DNA of 18,401 bases from Thermoplasmata archaeon (GTDB lineage: Archaea; Thermoplasmatota; Thermoplasmata; Lutacidiplasmatales; UBA184), in NCBI GenBank assembly GCA_028864975.1, contig JAGWLG010000046.1, positions 1 to 18,401 on the forward strand. Reading direction: 5' to 3'. The position numbers and the translations under genes are program-made. Of the stretch, positions 1-5,021 are shown in pieces (position 1 is the stretch's first letter; the number at the start of each line of letters is the position of its first letter). The notes under the pieces are model-generated. The model saw nothing but the letters and a program-made list of their open reading frames with translations, did no database searches and was not told the origin of the DNA.

Positions 1-174
1 GCCGGCTTCACCCGGGTGCTCCGGTTGGTGGGGGGGTACGAGGATTGGTGCGCCGCGGCCTCTCGGCGTCAACCTTCGTGAGAACCGAACCCTTGCGGGT
101 CCCGGACCGCGGTCGCACAGGGGATAGGATGCCCCGGGTTCCGTTTCGTAAAGGGTGAGCCCCGATAGAGGCAC

Positions 175-1110
175 CTACTCGATTCCGAACTTCTCTCGCC
201 ATTCGAGAGGCACCTCCGGGTTCTTCTTCGGGGCCTTGAGCGCCAGCTCGATGAGGGTCTTCCAATCGAGAGGTCCCTTGGCAATCCCCGCCGCCATCGC
301 GGGGGTCCTTCCGCCCAGGGACTCGTGCGGCGTCAGGAAGTTGTACCACGTCACGAAGCCGTCCAGAACCACCCGAGCGCACTCGCGGACTTTGAGGCCC
401 TTCATCACCTTGACCCGCGCCTTGAAGGTCCCGTGAAACCGCTCTAAGAGGTTGATGTTGGTCGGGCTGTTGAAGCCGCTCGACGTGAGGTGCTCCGAGG
501 CCATCTCCGGGTACGGTGAGTAGAAGACCTTGTTGAACGCACGGTAGTACGCCGGGAGCTTGTCGGTGAGGAGCACCTTTGGCTTCGTCTTGCTCCGCCA
601 CCGTGCCATCCTGAAGAACTTGGTCGCGTCGGTGAGGTCTCTGACCCGCGACAGGTGGGAGGCGAGCAAGAACCTCGTCTTGGTGTCGACGCAATCCCAG
701 AACCAGTACTGCTTGCCGAAAATGAACACGGCGGTCTCGTCGGCCATCCACACAGGGCCGGTGTCGGCAGGAAGCGTGACCGTGTAGTCGTTCACCAGCT
801 TGGAGTACTTCACCACCCACCGCCATGCGGTCCACTTGGGGACCTCGGCCCGATCCTCCGTCTTGAGCGCCGTCCCGACGTGCTTGTAGCTCATGCCGTT
901 GTAGTAGTACGTGAGCGCCCGGACCACCGCGTCCCGGTCGTACTGCATCCGAGGGAACCCGTCCGACCCGGTGGACTTCCTCCGACATGAACGGCACAGG
1001 AAGAACTGCGAATCCTCGGCTCCGAAACCGTCCTTCACGAGGTCCGTGCTACCGCACACTCGGCACGCGACCGTGCGCTCATGGGTGATGGTCTCGGTGA
1101 ACTCAGTCAT
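175..1110 (-). CDS. IS6-like family DDE transposase/integrase with N-terminal CxxC...CxxC zinc finger (311 aa)
   Basis: Part of ORF 175..1200. ATG at 1110 is preceded by GGAGGT (SD). Motifs: CRVC...CRSC Zn finger, HTH-like region (WTAWRWV), DDE triad WMADET / LLTDKL / NLLERFHGTFK, and a C-terminal YNFLTPHESLGGRTPA typical of rve/IS6-type integrases. Confidence 0.88.
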   Translation of the reverse strand: MTEFTETITHERTVACRVCGSTDLVKDGFGAEDSQFFLCRSCRRKSTGSDGFPRMQYDRDAVVRALTYYYNGMSYKHVGTALKTEDRAEVPKWTAWRWVVKYSKLVNDYTVTLPADTGPVWMADETAVFIFGKQYWFWDCVDTKTRFLLASHLSRVRDLTDATKFFRMARWRSKTKPKVLLTDKLPAYYRAFNKVFYSPYPEMASEHLTSSGFNSPTNINLLERFHGTFKARVKVMKGLKVRECARVVLDGFVTWYNFLTPHESLGGRTPAMAAGIAKGPLDWKTLIELALKAPKKNPEVPLEWREKFGIE

Positions 1111-1573
1111 GATGGACCTCCTTGAACTCCCCGATGATTGGGGAGCCCCTACCGCGCAACCTGACTGGAACTCCGTACTCTTTGGTGAACTCGGCCCCAC
1201 CTCGGTATGACACCTCGAACCTTACGCCCATCACGAACTCTTGCGGGCTTGTTAGGTGTAGAAAGTGAGGCGAGCCAATGGTCGCCACTTTGATGCCCAA
1301 GCCGGGTGCTACTTCCCCTTCGGCGGGAATCACGAAGGCTACGAACTCAACGGTTCGCTTCTCCTCTGGAAGCCTTGCCTGCTCGCCGCCACCTACCGGG
1401 TCGAGCAGGTACTTGCTTCCAAGACTGGTCGCTACCCACAGATGCGACGCTGAATCTCCGTCGTGAACCGGAATCGGATGAAAATCATCGCTCAGTTTCC
1501 ACCCGAACTCAGTAACGAATGGACCCTTGATGAACGCTCTACACCTCGCTTTCGAGTCCCATCTTGACCTCAT
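1103..1573 (-). CDS. Hypothetical protein (156 aa) translationally coupled to the transposase
   Basis: 3' part of ORF 1103..1756. ATG 1573 follows purine-rich GAGGAAGGGGGGA (alternative GTG at 1609). Its stop overlaps the transposase start (ATGACTGA). Protein-like composition; no family recognised. Confidence 0.65.
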   Translation of the reverse strand: MRSRWDSKARCRAFIKGPFVTEFGWKLSDDFHPIPVHDGDSASHLWVATSLGSKYLLDPVGGGEQARLPEEKRTVEFVAFVIPAEGEVAPGLGIKVATIGSPHFLHLTSPQEFVMGVRFEVSYRGGAEFTKEYGVPVRLRGRGSPIIGEFKEVHHD

Positions 1574-1695
1574 TCCCCCCTTCCTCTTCTCGACAGTAAT
1601 TGTGACCACGATAGCTTCTCCAAGTTCCCTCCCGGTTCCCCTCTCTCGTACTCCAATTCTCTGAGTCCCATGCCCCGGCACCAACCGGGGCTTCG

Positions 1696-1815
1696 TCAGA
1701 AAGGGAGTAACAAGCCCCACAGGGCCCCGATACCCGAGGCAACCCCGATGACCCATCCGAGCCAGAACTCCCAGGTCGCCAGGAACCCGAGCAAAACCTC
1801 GAGCGGGGAAGTCAT
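1696..1815 (-). CDS. Candidate 39-aa hydrophobic membrane micropeptide (MTSPLEVLLGFLATWEFWLGWVIGVASGIGALWGLLLPF)
   Basis: C-terminal part of ORF 1696..2226 from ATG 1815. Almost entirely hydrophobic, with GxxxG repeats. A 7-bp GC hairpin (1672-1691) begins 4 nt after the stop. Confidence 0.45.
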   Translation of the reverse strand: MTSPLEVLLGFLATWEFWLGWVIGVASGIGALWGLLLPF

Positions 1816-1880
1816 GATCAAGGGCCTGACCCCCCGAGGAGAAGAACCTTGTCCTCCCCCTTGATGAAACGGAACCCTGC

Positions 1881-1896
1881 TGAAGAAATACTTAAG
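1881..1896 (+). promoter_or_regulatory. Archaeal BRE/TATA-like element (GAAGAAATACTTAAG)
   Basis: AT-rich island in GC-rich DNA, with a purine run before TACTTAAG, about 35-40 nt upstream of in-frame GTG 1930. The CTTAAG core is palindromic and could also serve the divergent minus-strand unit. Confidence 0.5.
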
Positions 1897-1929
1897 ACCC
1901 CGATGCCGCACCGTCCCCCGGCGCTCCTC

Positions 1930-3255
1930 GTGAACCTGCCTCCTGCTCCAGAACCACTCCCCCCGCCTCCCCCCATGCACCCCGGTAGGCCCCCTCATGG
2001 CGGCCCGGGGCACTCCGGGACAGCGGAAGGCCGCCTCCTCGGCCGCGTGCATGCCCTCTCCTTCCTGGTGATCATCCTCCTTCTCGTGACGTGCGTGGGC
2101 TACACGGTCTACGTCGCCGAAGGGTTGAGCGGCTCCCAGGTCGTTTTCAGCTACGTCGTGAAAGGCTACAACACGACGCTGAACACCACGGAGCCGAACG
2201 GTTCGATCTCCACTTCGACCCAGCATGTCGGCCCGTCGGGGAACGGGACGAGCCCGGTCGGGCCCGTGTCGCTTCCTCCCTACTCGGCGTTCGTCCAGGG
2301 GAGCAGCATCGCAGACCTCATGTTCGTCTGGGGGGTCCTCGCCTTCTCCGCGATGTCCATTCTGAAGCCGGCGAACCGCCGGGACCCTTCGAAGCTCCCG
2401 GACATCCTCTACCTGAACTTGCTGTTCGGTGTGGTCTTCTGGCCCTTGGCGGCCCTAGGGGCGTGGCTGGGGACCGCGGCCCCCTCCGTGATGCTCCTCT
2501 TGGGGCTCCTCCCCGCGATCGTGATCACGATGTTCATTGCGCGCTTCGTCGAGGAGGGCAGCGGAGGACCGATCTTCCTCATCCTGGTGCTGGCCGCGAT
2601 GGGGGCCGTCATGGGGCTCAACGGGGTGTTGTGGAGCGCGGTGCTGAGCGGCCCCGCCCTCATCGGTGTTGTCGCGGTCGAGGTCCTGCTCCCGGTGGTC
2701 TACCTCTTCATGGCGGCCATGGACAAGGCGGAACCGATCCGCAGCCGACCGCTCGTGGCCGAGCTCCTTCTCTGGGGCGGCATCGGGATCATCCTCTCGA
2801 CGCTCGTGGGCGTCGCAGCCGCGGGCTCCTTCGGCGGCGGATCGCTGCCGGTCCTCGCGACGACCTCGCTCTTCACCGGGTCCACCGTTCTGCTCGCTCC
2901 CAACATGGAGCCCTGGAGCTTCATCCACGGGTTGGCGCCGAACGCCTTCGGCCAGCTGGTCGCGACGGTCTTCCCCTGGCTCTTCGGGCTCCTGGGCGTC
3001 CTGACCGCGGTGATGACCCTTCCTCCGCTCATGGCCACGCGCGACTTCCTCATGGTCAAGAGCGGTCTCAGCGTGGCGGACACCTGCCATCGCTGCAAGC
3101 GGCCCTACTTCGTCCTCAAGTCGCAGTACAGCGGCTACTGTGGCCGCTGCCGCGTCCTCCCCCAGGTCCTACGGTCCCTTCCTTCGGCCGGCCAGGCCGG
3201 GAGCCCGACGCGACCCCCAGTCCCCCCGATGCCCCCGCCTCCTTCGGCAGGGTGA
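1930..3255 (+). CDS. Polytopic membrane protein of unknown function with a C-terminal CxxC-x15-CxxC zinc ribbon and Pro-rich termini
   Basis: ORF 1849..3255; start uncertain (GTG 1930 fits the TATA at about 1890; ATG 1903 or 1975 possible). Roughly 9-10 hydrophobic segments, a loop with four N-x-S/T sequons (NTT, NTT, NGS, NGT), and CHRC...CGRC near the C-terminus. Confidence 0.8.
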   Translation: MNLPPAPEPLPPPPPMHPGRPPHGGPGHSGTAEGRLLGRVHALSFLVIILLLVTCVGYTVYVAEGLSGSQVVFSYVVKGYNTTLNTTEPNGSISTSTQHVGPSGNGTSPVGPVSLPPYSAFVQGSSIADLMFVWGVLAFSAMSILKPANRRDPSKLPDILYLNLLFGVVFWPLAALGAWLGTAAPSVMLLLGLLPAIVITMFIARFVEEGSGGPIFLILVLAAMGAVMGLNGVLWSAVLSGPALIGVVAVEVLLPVVYLFMAAMDKAEPIRSRPLVAELLLWGGIGIILSTLVGVAAAGSFGGGSLPVLATTSLFTGSTVLLAPNMEPWSFIHGLAPNAFGQLVATVFPWLFGLLGVLTAVMTLPPLMATRDFLMVKSGLSVADTCHRCKRPYFVLKSQYSGYCGRCRVLPQVLRSLPSAGQAGSPTRPPVPPMPPPPSAG

Positions 3256-3259
3256 GCAC

Positions 3260-3276
3260 GGCCCCTTCGCGGGGCC
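3260..3276. terminator. Candidate hairpin between convergent genes
   Basis: GGCCCC-TTCGC-GGGGCC (6-bp stem) in the 32-bp gap between the stops at 3255 (+) and 3288 (-). Confidence 0.35.
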
Positions 3277-3287
3277 CCCCATGCCCC

Positions 3288-4112
3288 CTACCCCCCACGG
3301 ACCGTTAGGACCGGGCAGGGAGCGTGGCGGAAGAGCTCCTCCACGAAACGCCGTGTGAGGATCGGCCCCTCCTCGCGTTGGGGGTCGTCCGCGACCAGAA
3401 GGAGCCCGTAGCGCTCACGATGGGCGGCCGCTAGGATCACCTCGGAGAGGGCCCGGTGGCGCCCGACGAACAATCGCGAAGGGAGGAAGACCCGCCGACG
3501 CTGGTGCGCGACCCCCCGCGGGGTGATCACGGGGGCGTGGCTCGACACGGCGACCGCTTCCTCCAGGTGACCGCCGACGGAGATGTTGAGGGTGACCAAC
3601 GGGATCGCTCCGCGGCGGATCGCCACCTGTTCGGCGATCTGCATCGCCTTTGGGGGGATGGCTCCCGAGAGCGAGGGCAGCAGGACCTTGTCGTACTGCG
3701 ACCCGGTGAGCGCGAGCCGGTTCGCGATCAGGACATCGCAAGGGGCATGCTGGAGCAAGGCCGTCGCCGTGTGCCCGACGAAGGGGGCACGGGCCCGCCG
3801 CTCCCCTCGGAGCGTGAAGAGGATCGCGTCGATGCTGTGGCTCTCCGCGGTCTCCAGGATCTCGGAAGGGACGTCCTTCCCTGCGCGGACCTCCGGCTCG
3901 ACGGGGACGTCGAGAGCCGCCCCCATCTCGTGCGCGGGCACGACGATGTTCACGGAGGAGCGCCACAGCCGGGTGACCTCCGGGATCGTGACCGAGGGAA
4001 TGACATGGAGGACCCTCAGCTCCCCGTTCGGATCCAAAAGGTCGGCCCCGAAGCGAAGGAGCGGCTCGACCTCCTGGGGAGTGGAGACCGGGACGAGGAT
4101 GCGACGGTACAC
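3288..4112 (-). CDS. Tandem universal stress protein (USP) domain protein, last gene of the kdp cluster (KdpQ/Cat3-like position)
   Basis: GTG start. N-terminal YRRILVPV...LRVLHVIP...EILETAE..IDAILF...VGHTATALLQHAPCDVLI and a second degenerate unit YDKVLLP...HAPCPVLTVR; both are USP signatures. Confidence 0.85.
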   Translation of the reverse strand: MYRRILVPVSTPQEVEPLLRFGADLLDPNGELRVLHVIPSVTIPEVTRLWRSSVNIVVPAHEMGAALDVPVEPEVRAGKDVPSEILETAESHSIDAILFTLRGERRARAPFVGHTATALLQHAPCDVLIANRLALTGSQYDKVLLPSLSGAIPPKAMQIAEQVAIRRGAIPLVTLNISVGGHLEEAVAVSSHAPVITPRGVAHQRRRVFLPSRLFVGRHRALSEVILAAAHRERYGLLLVADDPQREEGPILTRRFVEELFRHAPCPVLTVRGG

Positions 4113-4114
4113 GC

Positions 4115-4213
4115 TCAGGCCCCCCGACCCGCTCCTAGCGGGTCCTCTTCGAAACTGCGGTAGACGTGCGAATACGAGAACGTTGCGCCACGAGGGTCCT
4201 CTGCGGTCGGCAT
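4115..4213 (-). CDS. Candidate 32-aa micro-ORF between kdpC and the USP gene (MPTAEDPRGATFSYSHVYRSFEEDPLGAGRGA)
   Basis: Fills the kdpC-USP gap: ATG 22 nt after the kdpC stop, and its TGA lies 2 nt before the USP GTG. No homology recognised. Confidence 0.35.
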   Translation of the reverse strand: MPTAEDPRGATFSYSHVYRSFEEDPLGAGRGA

Positions 4214-4235
4214 GGGTGATATCGTCTCGTCACCC

Positions 4236-5021
4236 CTACACCCACGTCCCTGGAGGGAGCAGTCCGTCCTGGAACATCGCTTGGTCGAGCGACAGCACAT
4301 TCACGTAGGACGGTCCGACGAAGCCCGCGGGGGGCGTGGTCATCGTCGTGTTCACCAGGTAGAAGAGGCTAGCGACAGGGATGTGGGAGAAGTGGGCGAT
4401 CCGCGGGATCTGCACGAGGGCGGCGTCGGGGTAGAGGTCCGGGTCGAGGCCGCTGTAGGACGGAGAGACCAGGTCCAGGGGGACGGTCGCATTGCCGTAC
4501 CCGTACTGTTGGATGTAGTGCTGCGTCGTGGTGTTGAGACCGGGGTCGACCGGTCCGTAGGGGGTGTCCCCTCCTGAAGCATTGAAACCCTGCCAGTCGA
4601 TCTGCGAAGGTCGCAGCCAGAACAGCTCGGGATTGGAGATGTTCTGCCCGATCTCCATTGCCACTTGCGTGGGGGAGACAGGCGTGAATGCGTCCGCCAC
4701 GACGGTCACGATCCCGGGGTAGATGAGCGAGCTCACCAGAAGGAGGACCACCAAGAAGAGCAACGGCGCTCGCACCGAGGGCCCGTGGAATGTGGGTTCC
4801 GGGACGAGCTCGAATCGCAGACGGTCCTGCACGGCGAGCGAGCTGGCGGTGTCGAGTCCCGGCTCCACCGGAACCGCCGGGGGCGAGGCCATCGGCGTGG
4901 CACGATCATGAGCTCCTGCCCCCGGCGATGGACCCCCCGCGGGGGGTCCCGCCACCGCATGGACGGCGGGGGGAGCGCGGTTCAGGCCCTCTCGAGGACG
5001 AGGGGTGCGGGGTCCGCTCAT
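4236..5021 (-). CDS. kdpC: K+-transporting ATPase subunit C
   Basis: Single N-terminal TM (LLFLVVLLLVSSLIYPGIVTVVA) and motifs IGQ, FWLRPS, LDLVSPSYSGLDPDL, VQIPRIA, YVNVLSLD. ATGA overlap with the kdpB stop supports start 5021 (alternative ATG 4892). Confidence 0.92.
   Translation of the reverse strand: MSGPRTPRPREGLNRAPPAVHAVAGPPAGGPSPGAGAHDRATPMASPPAVPVEPGLDTASSLAVQDRLRFELVPEPTFHGPSVRAPLLFLVVLLLVSSLIYPGIVTVVADAFTPVSPTQVAMEIGQNISNPELFWLRPSQIDWQGFNASGGDTPYGPVDPGLNTTTQHYIQQYGYGNATVPLDLVSPSYSGLDPDLYPDAALVQIPRIAHFSHIPVASLFYLVNTTMTTPPAGFVGPSYVNVLSLDQAMFQDGLLPPGTWV

Larger units (their letters stand above)
18..1691 (-). mobile_element. Possible extent of the IS6-like element including a passenger ORF (ends tentative)
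   Basis: Imperfect 23-bp inverted repeat: 18-40 versus the reverse complement of 1669-1691 match at 18/23 positions, with a perfect 10-bp core CCGGTTGGTG (21-30 / 1679-1688). No target-site duplication identified. Confidence 0.3.

Noticed and set aside
8-997. 329-aa alternative-frame ORF over the transposase
   Set aside because: Arg/Gly-rich shadow frame typical of GC-rich DNA; the overlapping frame has clear DDE motifs.
3510-4944. 14-bp direct repeat GACCCCCCGCGGGG at 3510-3523 and 4931-4944
   Set aside because: Low-complexity G/C runs; one copy is inside USP coding sequence; plausible by chance at this GC content.
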